Below, piece by piece: positions 1 to 9,699 of a stretch of DNA of 64,000 nt. How positions within the stretch are numbered: the stretch's first letter is position 1; the number at the start of each line of letters is the position of its first letter. The DNA is from an uncultured Cytophagia bacterium. Lineage in GTDB: Bacteria; Zhuqueibacterota; Zhuqueibacteria; Thermofontimicrobiales; Thermofontimicrobiaceae. The stretch is from contig CAZSBG010000006.1 in the NCBI GenBank assembly GCA_964605145.1, forward strand, positions 28,788-92,787. The letters run 5' to 3'. Position numbers and translations under genes: made by a program. The notes under the pieces were generated by a model that was given only the letters and a program-made list of their open reading frames with translations, had not been told where the DNA came from and ran no database searches.

Positions 1-563
<563 letters not shown>

Positions 564-731
564 TCAATCATCCAACGCAAAAAATTTTCAAGCATTCAAA
601 GGATTTTCTATATAAAAACATCTAATTTATCGTTTTATTCCTGATGCAAGACCAGCCAGCGATGCCGGCAACGCGCGCGGGTTTCAGAAGCATGCCACGT
701 GACTGGTCGGCTTGTCTAGTGCAAACGATTG

Positions 732-1460
732 TCAGGCTGAGGTGTTAAACAGCCCCGCAAACAAGACAAACACCCCGGTGAGCAACAATCCAATCCCTCC
801 CATAACACCATAGATCCGAAGGAGGACCCTGGTTGAGTCAAACCGCCATTTCTGTAAATGACCATAGTAAGCCAGCCCGTCAACACCTGAAAATCCCACT
901 AAGGCGGCAAGGCATGGAATTGGGTTCGTGCTCAAGATGGAAATGTACACTAATGAGCGGCTCGAAATATGGATAGTTGTTGCAAGAACTCGCTCCAATA
1001 CCGACATCCACTGGATTTGCGGGTCGCCCTGAGACGATTCCGTTACATCATTGTAGTGATCCTCCAGATTCGTTCCCTTGAAAGGGTTACCAATAAAGGG
1101 CAAAATCACTGCCTCTACCATTCCCGCCCCTGCTCCAATCCCAATTAGCTCGGCCAAAGTATCAGGTTGCCAGAAGAACCAAAACAACAGCGCCGCAGCA
1201 CCCAACTCAGTGCTTGAAGAAAGTAAACCCTGAAACAAAGATATACTCTTGTAGCTGACTCCTCTTCGGACTGCGGGTTCAACGAAAATGTGGTGGATTG
1301 CAACTTTTAGGAGTACTGCAACTATCCAAGCGAAGGCGCCGTAGCCCACTGTTATTTTTGTGGGCACACCCCACCATGAAGCCAAAACGTAGACGGGGGC
1401 CACCCCGACAAGAACCGAAGCGACAGCAGTTACTTTTTCGACCATTTCAGTTCTTGCCAC
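732..1460 (-). CDS. Hypothetical polytopic integral membrane protein
   Basis: 242-aa ORF with at least six hydrophobic helices and no recognisable catalytic motif. The track start is GTG; an in-frame ATG five codons downstream at 1445 is an alternative. The gene is noticeably more GC-rich than the window average. Confidence 0.5.
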   Translation of the reverse strand: MARTEMVEKVTAVASVLVGVAPVYVLASWWGVPTKITVGYGAFAWIVAVLLKVAIHHIFVEPAVRRGVSYKSISLFQGLLSSSTELGAAALLFWFFWQPDTLAELIGIGAGAGMVEAVILPFIGNPFKGTNLEDHYNDVTESSQGDPQIQWMSVLERVLATTIHISSRSLVYISILSTNPIPCLAALVGFSGVDGLAYYGHLQKWRFDSTRVLLRIYGVMGGIGLLLTGVFVLFAGLFNTSA

Positions 1461-1494
1461 AGATACCGATTACCTTTCAGGCTAAATTTATTCT

Positions 1495-1664
1495 TTAACC
1501 TGAATTATTCACAAATTTCAATCAAAAGATGTTTAAATTAATGTTATTAATCTAATTAATCAGATATATGAAATTTAACAAAGTTAGATATACTGAATTC
1601 GGAATGAAGCACCATTCAGGCTACCTGGATTCCTTAATGCATTACAATGAATAATCTAGGTTAA
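1495..1664 (+). mobile_element. MITE-like element copy A: 162 bp (1499-1660) with ~13-bp imperfect terminal inverted repeats (CCTGAATTATTCA ... TGAATAATCTAGG), flanked by 4-bp direct repeats TTAA
   Basis: About 80% identical over its full length to the reverse complement of 23709-23870. Both copies are exactly 162 bp between the inverted-repeat ends, and both are flanked by a 4-bp direct repeat matching YTAR (TTAA here, CTAA/TTAG at copy B). There is no coding capacity. Confidence 0.7.
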
Positions 1665-2020
1665 AGAGATTGAATTTTTTAAGTACTGAATTGAAATTAT
1701 TAAAGTTCATATTATAACCAATTATTTTGAAAAATGCAAATGTTTTTCATCCTGAAAATCATTTTTTTGACCATTTTTTAGCCAATTCAACCGAAGCGAA
1801 TCTAATTGATAATCAAATAGTTACTTTGTTTTCAACACTTCTCTTGCGCGGTCTGAAAGTGCTCCGTCTTAATTCGTTTGAAGTTTATTGGTTTATACCC
1901 TTCCTTAGCTTAATGTTATATAAAATCCTTTTATTGACTTGATTAATACTTCAATTTTGTGTATATTTTATTCTTTTGAAAAGTCCTCTCTTCTTGTGAG
2001 ATAAATTTTTAGGAGTAAAT

Positions 2021-3436
2021 ATGAAATTAATATCAAAGTACTTCGTCGTCGCTATTCTTTTTTCATTTTTATCTGTCGCAAACCTCTTTGCACTTTCGCC
2101 GGGTGACTCCGATAAAACTCAAATCGAAACCTACAAAACCATTGCCAAAGCAATTGTCGATACCGCCATGATAGACGGCCATGCATATTCCATGCTGACT
2201 GAATTGTGCACGGATATTGGGCCGCGATTGAGCGGCTCGCCACAGGCTGCGGCCGCCGTGGAATGGGCCCGGCAGGTTATGTTAGATTATGGATTTGAAA
2301 ACGTTCATCTCCAGCCTGTGCTGGTTCCCCGCTGGATTCGCGGGGATGTTGAAGAAGCTTCCATAGTGAACTCACCCACAGTGGGTACGGTACCGCTTGC
2401 AATTAGCGCACTTGGCAGCAGTGTGGGCACACCTCAAATGGGAATTGTTGCTGAAGTGATTGAAGTAAAAAGTCTGGAAGAAGTCAAGAAAATAGGGGAG
2501 AAAGCAAAAGGTAAAATCATATTTTACAATCGTCCCATGGATCCCACCACGATGAGAACATTTTCAGGATATGGGGGAGCGGTTGATCAGCGGACGCGGG
2601 GAGCAGCAGAAGCCGGAAAAGTTGGCGCGGTTGCCGTGTTGGTGCGCTCTGTCACCACGCGATTGGACAAAGTGCCGCACACCGGTGTTATGCACTATGA
2701 AGAGAATGTTCCCAAAATTCCCGCTGTTGCGGTCAGCACTGTGGACGCAAATTTGCTCAGCAATGTTTTGAAAGAAGATGGGGCTGTGCGTGTGAGAATT
2801 GCTCTCGACTGCCAGCAGAAACCGGATATAATTTCGTACAATGTCATAGGCGAAATTAAGGGATCTGAAAAACCGGAAGAGGTTATCGCTCTGGGTGGGC
2901 ATCTCGATAGCTGGGATGTTGGGCATGGCGCACATGATGATGGTGCCGGATGCGTCCAGGCAATTGAGGCGCTCAGGCTCATCAAAGCCTTAAATTTAAA
3001 ACCGAAGCGCACGCTCCGGGCCGTGATGTTCATGTGCGAAGAATTTGGACTCCGCGGAGGCCCGGCTTACGCCGACAGCGTTGAAAACAGCGGACCCAAA
3101 CACATCGCTGCCATCGAATCGGACCGTGGTGGATTAACTCCCCGGGGTTTCACCATTGGCGCGGACTCGACAGCATTTGAGAAAATTAAAACTTGGTCGC
3201 CTCTGTTCGAATATATCGGCGCGGACTGGTTCACCAGGGGGGGGGGCGGACCGGATATTTCTCCACTGCGGAAACTGGGGGTCGCGACGATTGGGCTTAT
3301 GGTGGATTATCATCGCTACTTCGACTACCATCATTCTGCCAATGATGTGTTAGAAGCTGTCAACGATCGTGAATTGGAACTGGGAGCCGCGGCTATGGCC
3401 ATACTGGCATATCTTCTGGCCATGGAAGGAGTTTGA
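2021..3436 (+). CDS. Secreted M28-family zinc aminopeptidase with PA domain
   Basis: N-terminal signal peptide; HLDSWDVGHGAHDDGAGC and ESDRGG metal-binding motifs typical of M28 peptidases. 471 aa. Confidence 0.85.
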   Translation: MKLISKYFVVAILFSFLSVANLFALSPGDSDKTQIETYKTIAKAIVDTAMIDGHAYSMLTELCTDIGPRLSGSPQAAAAVEWARQVMLDYGFENVHLQPVLVPRWIRGDVEEASIVNSPTVGTVPLAISALGSSVGTPQMGIVAEVIEVKSLEEVKKIGEKAKGKIIFYNRPMDPTTMRTFSGYGGAVDQRTRGAAEAGKVGAVAVLVRSVTTRLDKVPHTGVMHYEENVPKIPAVAVSTVDANLLSNVLKEDGAVRVRIALDCQQKPDIISYNVIGEIKGSEKPEEVIALGGHLDSWDVGHGAHDDGAGCVQAIEALRLIKALNLKPKRTLRAVMFMCEEFGLRGGPAYADSVENSGPKHIAAIESDRGGLTPRGFTIGADSTAFEKIKTWSPLFEYIGADWFTRGGGGPDISPLRKLGVATIGLMVDYHRYFDYHHSANDVLEAVNDRELELGAAAMAILAYLLAMEGV

Positions 3437-3512
3437 TTATTTCAGCAACGGAAATAAAATTTTTCCAAAACAATGTTTCAGGGAAAAACATATTTCATCA
3501 ATTCAATTTCAA

Positions 3513-4715
3513 CTAAATTCCGTTTTCTGAAGCATTTTCCTCAAATTCCAGCTTTTTGATTTCCGCTTCCCGAACCGCATCGAAAATTAGTTGCTGCCAG
3601 TTTTCGATGCTATTTTCAGCCGCCTGAACTTCAGGCAATTTGGCTTTGGTTTCCGGGTTTTTGGGCACAAGGTAGCTGCAGCAGTCATCGTAAGGTTCTA
3701 TTGATGTTGCAAACGTCTCAATTTTTTTGGCTTCAGCAATGATTGTCTCTTTATCCATTCCAATGAGTGGACGCAAAACCGGCAATGTGACGACATCGTT
3801 GATGGCAATAATATTTTCCAGCGTTTGAGATGCCACCTGACCAACACTCTCCCCGGTCACCAGCGCTTTGGCCTTTTCCTTCTTTGCAATTAACGCAGCA
3901 ATGCGAAACATCATTCGACGATACAGCAGAAGACGAAGTTTGGCCGGCGCCTGCATGATAATAGCTTCCTGAATCTTCACCAGTGGCACAAGGTACAGCC
4001 GCACTGAATGCTGGAACCGGGTCAAATGCCCGGCCAGCTTTATTGCATTGTAATATGATGCTTTGTCCGTAAACGGAAAACTGTGAAAATGCACAAAGAT
4101 GTTTCTGCATCCCCGGGTCATCATTCGGAAAGAAGCGACCGGGGAATCGATGCCGGACGAAAGCAAGCTGACAACCCTGCCGCTGCTTCCCACCGGCAGC
4201 CCGCGAATTCCTTCATGACGATCAAAGTAGTAGAAAATCTGTTTATTGAAAATTTCAATATTGCAAGTTAAATCAGGATTCGTCAAATCGACCGGCTTGT
4301 GAAGATCCAGATGAATCTTTGCGCCAACCTCTCTGTTCACATCCACAGAAGTTAACGGATATTGTTTATCCGATCGCCTGGTGTTGATCCGAAACGTTGA
4401 AAAAAAAACATGTTTCAGCTTTTCGAAAATTTGGTGTTTGAGCACATGCACGTCAGAATCACCCGAATACGCAATGGTGAAATAGGCGATTCCAATGACA
4501 TCTTTCAATCGTTTCACTACAGTGTCAATATCTGAATTATTCGGAAAAGAAAGGATAAACCTCCCATAGTCATTCTTCAACTTTTTCCCGGAAATATCAT
4601 TCAGCGCTTTCAGGATATTGTTTTTCAGCTTCGTTTCAAAATATCCGCGATTCCCTTTTTTCAAACCTATTTCACTGTAGTGAATGAGAATATATTTTTT
4701 TTCTTTGTTTTCCAT
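3513..4715 (-). CDS. thiI: tRNA 4-thiouridine(8) synthase ThiI (THUMP plus PP-loop ATP pyrophosphatase)
   Basis: SGGIDSPVA PP-loop motif and a THUMP-like N-terminus. The track start at 4748 is GTG. The in-frame ATG at 4715 gives MENKEKKYILIHYSEIGLKKGNR, which matches canonical ThiI N-termini. Confidence 0.85.
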   Translation of the reverse strand: MENKEKKYILIHYSEIGLKKGNRGYFETKLKNNILKALNDISGKKLKNDYGRFILSFPNNSDIDTVVKRLKDVIGIAYFTIAYSGDSDVHVLKHQIFEKLKHVFFSTFRINTRRSDKQYPLTSVDVNREVGAKIHLDLHKPVDLTNPDLTCNIEIFNKQIFYYFDRHEGIRGLPVGSSGRVVSLLSSGIDSPVASFRMMTRGCRNIFVHFHSFPFTDKASYYNAIKLAGHLTRFQHSVRLYLVPLVKIQEAIIMQAPAKLRLLLYRRMMFRIAALIAKKEKAKALVTGESVGQVASQTLENIIAINDVVTLPVLRPLIGMDKETIIAEAKKIETFATSIEPYDDCCSYLVPKNPETKAKLPEVQAAENSIENWQQLIFDAVREAEIKKLEFEENASENGI

Positions 4716-4956
4716 GAATTCTCTAAGAAATGATTCACTACCTGACACTTTTCAATCTATGTTCGGTAGTTCTGTCATTCCCGCATGTTTTTTGCGGGAA
4801 TCTCCATATATTTTGTCAAATGGATGCCCGACAGAAGCACAGTCTGTATTTCCTTAAAATACAATGTAACTCTACAGGCATTCGGGCATGACAATTCCAT
4901 CAAAAATGCAATATTACAAAAAGTGCCCGGTAGCGAGAGAAATGATACTTTACCAT

Positions 4957-5115
4957 TTATAATAGATCGAACTCTTCCTTACCGACATAACACATGGGAC
5001 ACACCCAGGTTTCAGGCAAATCTTTGAATGGTTTGCCCGGATCAATATCATTTTCCGGATCCCCTTTTTGCGGATCATAAATATAGCCGCAATTTGTGCA
5101 CACATATTTTTCCAT
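4957..5115 (-). CDS. rub: Rubredoxin (52 aa)
   Basis: Not in the ORF track because it is under 60 aa. Translation is [52 protein letters not shown], with the two CxxCG / CPxCG iron-binding knuckles. It starts 15 nt downstream of the metH stop on the same strand. Confidence 0.9.
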   Translation of the reverse strand: MEKYVCTNCGYIYDPQKGDPENDIDPGKPFKDLPETWVCPMCYVGKEEFDLL

Positions 5116-5130
5116 ATTCAACCCGATATT

Positions 5131-8100
5131 TTATTCAATCGTAAAATATTTTGCTTGCGGATGATGCACAACAAAAGCGGATGTCGTTTGTTCAGGCACC
5201 ATCTGATCCTCATTGGTGAGCGTCACCTCGATCTGCTCAGGTTTCAGAATTTCGAATATCTTTCGATTTTCGCTTAGATCCGGACATGCAGGATAGCCAA
5301 AAGAATACCGCGCACCGCGATATTTTTGAACGACAAAATCCTGGATATGTTCACCATCCTCAGCTTCCATGCTCAACTCTTTGCGGATTTGCTTATGCCA
5401 GTACTCAGCCAGTGCTTCAGCAGCCTCTACGCTAAGTCCATGAAACAATAAATATTTTTTGTACTGATTTGTTTCAAATAAATATTTCGTCTCTTCCGAG
5501 GCTCTTTTTCCAACGCTTACCACCTGCAATGCAATGACATCTCTTTTCCCCAAATTCAGCGGAAGGAAGAAGTCTGCAATGCAATGAAATGGCGCTTTCT
5601 TCTGGCGGGGAAACGTGAGTCGCTTCCATTCTTTTTGCGTTTCAGGATGGAAAATGATTACCTGGTTATTTTCGCTATTGCATGGATAGTATCCGTAAAC
5701 AACGTCTGCAACCAACAACTTTTCATTTTTACACCGAGTTTTGAATTCATCCAATGCAGGTCGCGCTTCATGTCTGATGATGTTTTCGAATTCATCGCTC
5801 TTAAGTTTTCCACGGCGAAATCCCCAGCGACCGCGGAACAGCACGGTTTCATTCAAATAAGTGAAAACACGACCCAAATCAACGCCACGTACTATCCGTT
5901 CTCCCCAGAACGGCGGTGATGGAATGTTCACATTTCGGTCTATTTTGGGAGGACCGGACCCGGCAGGTTTTTCCTCTTGCTGTTTCGGCTTTTTTTTTGT
6001 ATTCAGCGGTTTTGCAGAAAACTCATTGACCAACGCTCCTGATTTTATCTTTCCCATGGAGGAAAGTCCGGAAAATGCATCGAGACAGTAAACCACCGGC
6101 TGCTTCAGAATCGGCTGGCAGACATCTTCCACATAACTCTTTGTCAACGCCGCGCCGCCGAGAAGAACAGGCACATTCACACTGCGCCGCTTCATTTCCT
6201 CGAGATTTTCTTTCATCACCATGGTAGATTTCACCAGCAGTCCGCTCATCCCAATGGCATCGGCCTGGACTTTCTGGACTTTATTGAGGATTGTCTCAAT
6301 CTCACATTTTATGCCAAGGTTGTAGACTTTATAACCATTATTCGTCAGTATAATGTCCACCAAATTTTTCCCAATGTCATGCACATCGCCCCGAACAGTA
6401 GCCAGAACAATACTCGTTTTTGCATGATCTTCAGTTTTCTCCATAAAGGGTTGCAGCTTGTCCACAGCGAATTTCATGACTTCTGCGGATTGAAGCACAA
6501 AGGGCAACTGCATTTCCCCGGCGCCAAAAAGATCACCGACTTTTTTCATGGCTGGAATAAGCAGTTGATTGACAATTTCCAGTGGTCCGGTTTTCTCAAG
6601 CGCGAGTTTCAGCAATTTTTCCAGGCCGGTGCTGTTGCCATCCACTACCTGACGCATTATTTTTTGTTCAAGCGACAGTTTTTTCTCTTCAATCCGTTCT
6701 CTTTTTATTCCACCAGTTTTTTTGTCGAAATAATGGATAAAGGTGAGTAAATCATTTTCTGGCCCTCTGTTATAGATCAAATTCAAACACTGTTCTCTAT
6801 CCGCTGCATCAATTTGATAAAGTGGTATGATTTTTTTAACATTGACAATGGCCAAATCCAAACCGGCCTTAACCGCTTCAGATAAAAAGACTGAATTGAG
6901 CACCTCACGCGTATGGGGATTAAGCCCAAAAGAAACATTGCTGACGCCAAGAATTGTAAACACGCCGTCCAGCTCGTTCTTGATGCGCTTAATGCCTTCC
7001 AGGGTGTTCGCTGCAGAATCCGACAAACTTTCATCGCCACTGGCCAGGGTGAACGTTAATGCATCAAAGATGATATCCTTGGATCTGAGTCCATGCCTGT
7101 TCACTGCGATTTCATACAATCGTTTGGCAATTTCTACTTTTGTATCTACTTCACGCGCCATGCCGTTTTCATCGATGGTTAAGGCGATGAGGGCTGCGCC
7201 GTATCGCTTCGCCAATTGACAAATTTTATCCACCCGATCCTCGCCGTCCTCCAGATTGATGGAATTGATAACGCAACGACCACCGGCCAATTGCAGCGCT
7301 TTTTCAATCACGTGCGCATCTGTGGAGTCGATAAACAACGGTAAATCCACCTGCTTGACAATTCTGGATACCGCTTCTTTCATGTCGGCAGACTCATTTC
7401 GGCCTGTGAACGCGACACATAAATCCAGACCATGAGCACCGGTTTTCATCTGTTGTCGCGCGACAGAAACGACGCCATCCCAATCATTGTTCAATACATA
7501 TTCACGAAATTTCTTACTGCCATTGGTATTGGTGCGCTCTCCGACAAAAAAGGGCCCGGGGTCCTGCTTCAGAATTCTTTCACTGAACAATGAGGCGATA
7601 GATGGAAATTTTTCCGGCTCTCTTTGCGGTCTGGTTAAAGTAGGAATTTTTTCTGCCATTGCTTTGATAAAATCAGGATTTGTACCGCAACAACCACCAA
7701 CGAACTGAACTCCCTCTTCTGTTATGAAACCCGACATGATGTTAACAAATTCATCGACCGGTAGCGTATAGACCAGAGCACCATCAATGTTTTCCGGCAA
7801 TCCTGCATTTGGCTGACAAATGACAGGGCCATCGAATTGCTGACTGATTCTCTTTATATAAGGATGCATCTGTTCCGGTCCTGTGGCACAATTGATCCCG
7901 AGAACATCGATGTCAAATGGCTCCAGGGCTGCCATAACCGCCCCAATTTCACTGCCGAGAAGCAACGTCCCGGTGGTTTCGACCGTCACGGAGACGATAA
8001 CCGGAAGTTTCACATCCTGTGCTTTCATTTCATCGAATATTGCAAGAAGCGCCGTTTTAATTTGAAGTAAATCCTGGCATGTTTCCATAATAAACAGGTC

Positions 8101-8547
8101 AACGTGACCCTCAATTAATCCCTTTGCCTGAAGGTTATAGGAGCGATACATGGTATCGAAATCAGTCTGGCCCAGAGTTATCAGTTTTGTACCCGGGCCT
8201 ACAGACCCGGCAACGATTTTTTTTTTGTCTGCAGAATATTTATTAACAGCCCGGCGAGCAATGTCAGCAGCAACTTTGTTGATTTCAACCACCCGATCTT
8301 GCAATCCATACTCGGCGAGTACAATTACATTAGCGCCAAACGTGTTGGTTTCAACCACATCAGCGCCTACCTCCAAATATTTTTCATGGATTTTTTGAAT
8401 TTTTTCAGGCGCGGTCAAATTCAATACTTCGCTGCATCCGATTTTGCCATCCCACTCTACCTGTGTTGGATTCATGGCTTGAATTTGGGTGCCCATGGCA
8501 CCATCGAAAAGCACGATTCTTTCTCCGAACAATTCCCGGATTCGCAT
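5131..8547 (-). CDS. metH: Cobalamin-dependent methionine synthase MetH
   Basis: Its four modules are homocysteine S-methyltransferase, pterin-binding, B12-binding (DxHxxG region) and an AdoMet-activation domain. The track start at 8550 is GTG; the adjacent ATG at 8547 is preferred, with a GAGG RBS. Confidence 0.9.
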   Translation of the reverse strand: MRIRELFGERIVLFDGAMGTQIQAMNPTQVEWDGKIGCSEVLNLTAPEKIQKIHEKYLEVGADVVETNTFGANVIVLAEYGLQDRVVEINKVAADIARRAVNKYSADKKKIVAGSVGPGTKLITLGQTDFDTMYRSYNLQAKGLIEGHVDLFIMETCQDLLQIKTALLAIFDEMKAQDVKLPVIVSVTVETTGTLLLGSEIGAVMAALEPFDIDVLGINCATGPEQMHPYIKRISQQFDGPVICQPNAGLPENIDGALVYTLPVDEFVNIMSGFITEEGVQFVGGCCGTNPDFIKAMAEKIPTLTRPQREPEKFPSIASLFSERILKQDPGPFFVGERTNTNGSKKFREYVLNNDWDGVVSVARQQMKTGAHGLDLCVAFTGRNESADMKEAVSRIVKQVDLPLFIDSTDAHVIEKALQLAGGRCVINSINLEDGEDRVDKICQLAKRYGAALIALTIDENGMAREVDTKVEIAKRLYEIAVNRHGLRSKDIIFDALTFTLASGDESLSDSAANTLEGIKRIKNELDGVFTILGVSNVSFGLNPHTREVLNSVFLSEAVKAGLDLAIVNVKKIIPLYQIDAADREQCLNLIYNRGPENDLLTFIHYFDKKTGGIKRERIEEKKLSLEQKIMRQVVDGNSTGLEKLLKLALEKTGPLEIVNQLLIPAMKKVGDLFGAGEMQLPFVLQSAEVMKFAVDKLQPFMEKTEDHAKTSIVLATVRGDVHDIGKNLVDIILTNNGYKVYNLGIKCEIETILNKVQKVQADAIGMSGLLVKSTMVMKENLEEMKRRSVNVPVLLGGAALTKSYVEDVCQPILKQPVVYCLDAFSGLSSMGKIKSGALVNEFSAKPLNTKKKPKQQEEKPAGSGPPKIDRNVNIPSPPFWGERIVRGVDLGRVFTYLNETVLFRGRWGFRRGKLKSDEFENIIRHEARPALDEFKTRCKNEKLLVADVVYGYYPCNSENNQVIIFHPETQKEWKRLTFPRQKKAPFHCIADFFLPLNLGKRDVIALQVVSVGKRASEETKYLFETNQYKKYLLFHGLSVEAAEALAEYWHKQIRKELSMEAEDGEHIQDFVVQKYRGARYSFGYPACPDLSENRKIFEILKPEQIEVTLTNEDQMVPEQTTSAFVVHHPQAKYFTIE

Positions 8548-8785
8548 CACATCCTCACTTTTATTCCATTAAATTTTCACACTTCATCACCTAAATAAAT
8601 GTTATTTTATCAATTCAAAAAAGATCAACAAATAGTGTTTGGTCTTCATCGCTCTGCTACCAGCATTAAGTTGAATCAGCTTTAGCAGATTAAAGCTGAA
8701 CCGAAATATCTCTGAACCTCTGGCCTTTCAGAGATCATTCTGCAAGAGACTGAATAGTTTTCATCTTCAGCGATCTGCGCATTAA

Positions 8786-8820
8786 CAAAAAAAGGAGTTT
8801 GATAAATTTCAACAAACTCC
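8786..8820 (-). terminator. Rho-independent terminator downstream of the STAS gene, ending the long - strand locus
   Basis: In - strand orientation, GGAGTTTG-11 nt loop-CAAACTCC is followed by TTTTTTTG. Confidence 0.6.
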
Positions 8821-8852
8821 TGTTTTATATGAATAAAAATATTTTTCTAATT

Positions 8853-9566
8853 TTAATTCTGTTTAAATGTCTCTCTCTGAAAAAACTCAACCCTCTTTTT
8901 CTTGGAATTTAAGTTCAACTGTTTTAAATATCTAACCACCTGAAACCAGCTTAACTTTAAATTGCCGTACATCGGTGAATTTAACTCGCGCATAATTTTT
9001 ATGCTGCCATTCTCGGGATTTTCAATGACCAACTGTTTTATTTTTTCTTCGACGCTTTTATCCCCGGCATCCGACGAAATCATTTTATTTAAATACGCTT
9101 CTCTCTCGCTTGCATCGTCTTCGGAGTGAGAAGAATGACTCGTTTCTTCTTTATAACTTTCAGTGTCTCGTCTCACCTGACTGACACTTCGTTGTTCACC
9201 ACGCGGTCTGGATTTATCGAAATCAGCCACCGCATCTTCGATCGAATCGAAGGCTTTTAAAATATAATGAAATTCCAACAATTCAAATACTTCATACACG
9301 TCAGGAATCATGCCGATAAGCTTGAGGTCGCCACCTTTCTCCCGAATACCTTTAATCTCACTGATAAAAATACCCCAACCTGCGCTGCTTATGTAATCAA
9401 CATTGGACAAATCGATAATAATGTTGTAATTGTTGGCGTCTAACAAGGTTTCAAGAGAGTGTTCTAATTCTGCGGAAGTAGTCGTGTCAATATACCCACC
9501 CACCTTTATCACAGAAATATTGTTGTCAACACCTGTTTGTTTAACAGACAATTGAATTCCTTCCAT
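8853..9566 (-). CDS. STAS-domain protein (anti-sigma-factor antagonist-like) with a ~130-aa C-terminal extension
   Basis: The N-terminal ~110 aa (IKVGGYIDTTTSAELEHSLETLL ... DLSNVDYISSAGWGIFI) is a SpoIIAA/RsbV-type STAS fold. The C-terminal part is Ser/Glu-rich and then has a predicted helical domain. The track start is TTG at 9611; the ATG at 9566 preceded by GGAG is preferred. Confidence 0.75.
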   Translation of the reverse strand: MEGIQLSVKQTGVDNNISVIKVGGYIDTTTSAELEHSLETLLDANNYNIIIDLSNVDYISSAGWGIFISEIKGIREKGGDLKLIGMIPDVYEVFELLEFHYILKAFDSIEDAVADFDKSRPRGEQRSVSQVRRDTESYKEETSHSSHSEDDASEREAYLNKMISSDAGDKSVEEKIKQLVIENPENGSIKIMRELNSPMYGNLKLSWFQVVRYLKQLNLNSKKKRVEFFQRETFKQN

Positions 9567-9699
9567 CGAATACTCCAAGATGTATGATTCGCAAAATTTT
9601 CTTAAATTCAAATATAATAGAAAAACAAGTAAAAGTCAACAAAAAAATATGATTTACATCTTTCGTTTTTTTAATATACTATCTCATTTCTCTAAAAAT

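Noticed and set aside
1727-1942. 71-aa ORF in the AT-rich intergenic region upstream of the M28 peptidase
   Set aside because: It has low-complexity hydrophobic/AT-codon composition, no RBS and no homology signal. It lies in the promoter region.
3437-3512. Possible bidirectional terminator between the M28 peptidase and thiI
   Set aside because: Only weak AT-rich stems (TATTTC/GAAATA, ATGTTT/AAACAT) are present. Predicted stability is too low to call a terminator confidently.
4785-5027. 80-aa + strand ORF
   Set aside because: It overlaps the bona fide rubredoxin gene on the opposite strand and has no supporting features.
8551-8785. Looked for a SAM or cobalamin riboswitch in the metH 5' leader
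   Set aside because: Two simple hairpins are present, but none of the conserved cores (SAM-I GGAGGGA / kink-turn, SAM-II pseudoknot, B12 box GCCACUG) is recognisable. I treat it as an ordinary UTR unless covariance-model searches say otherwise.
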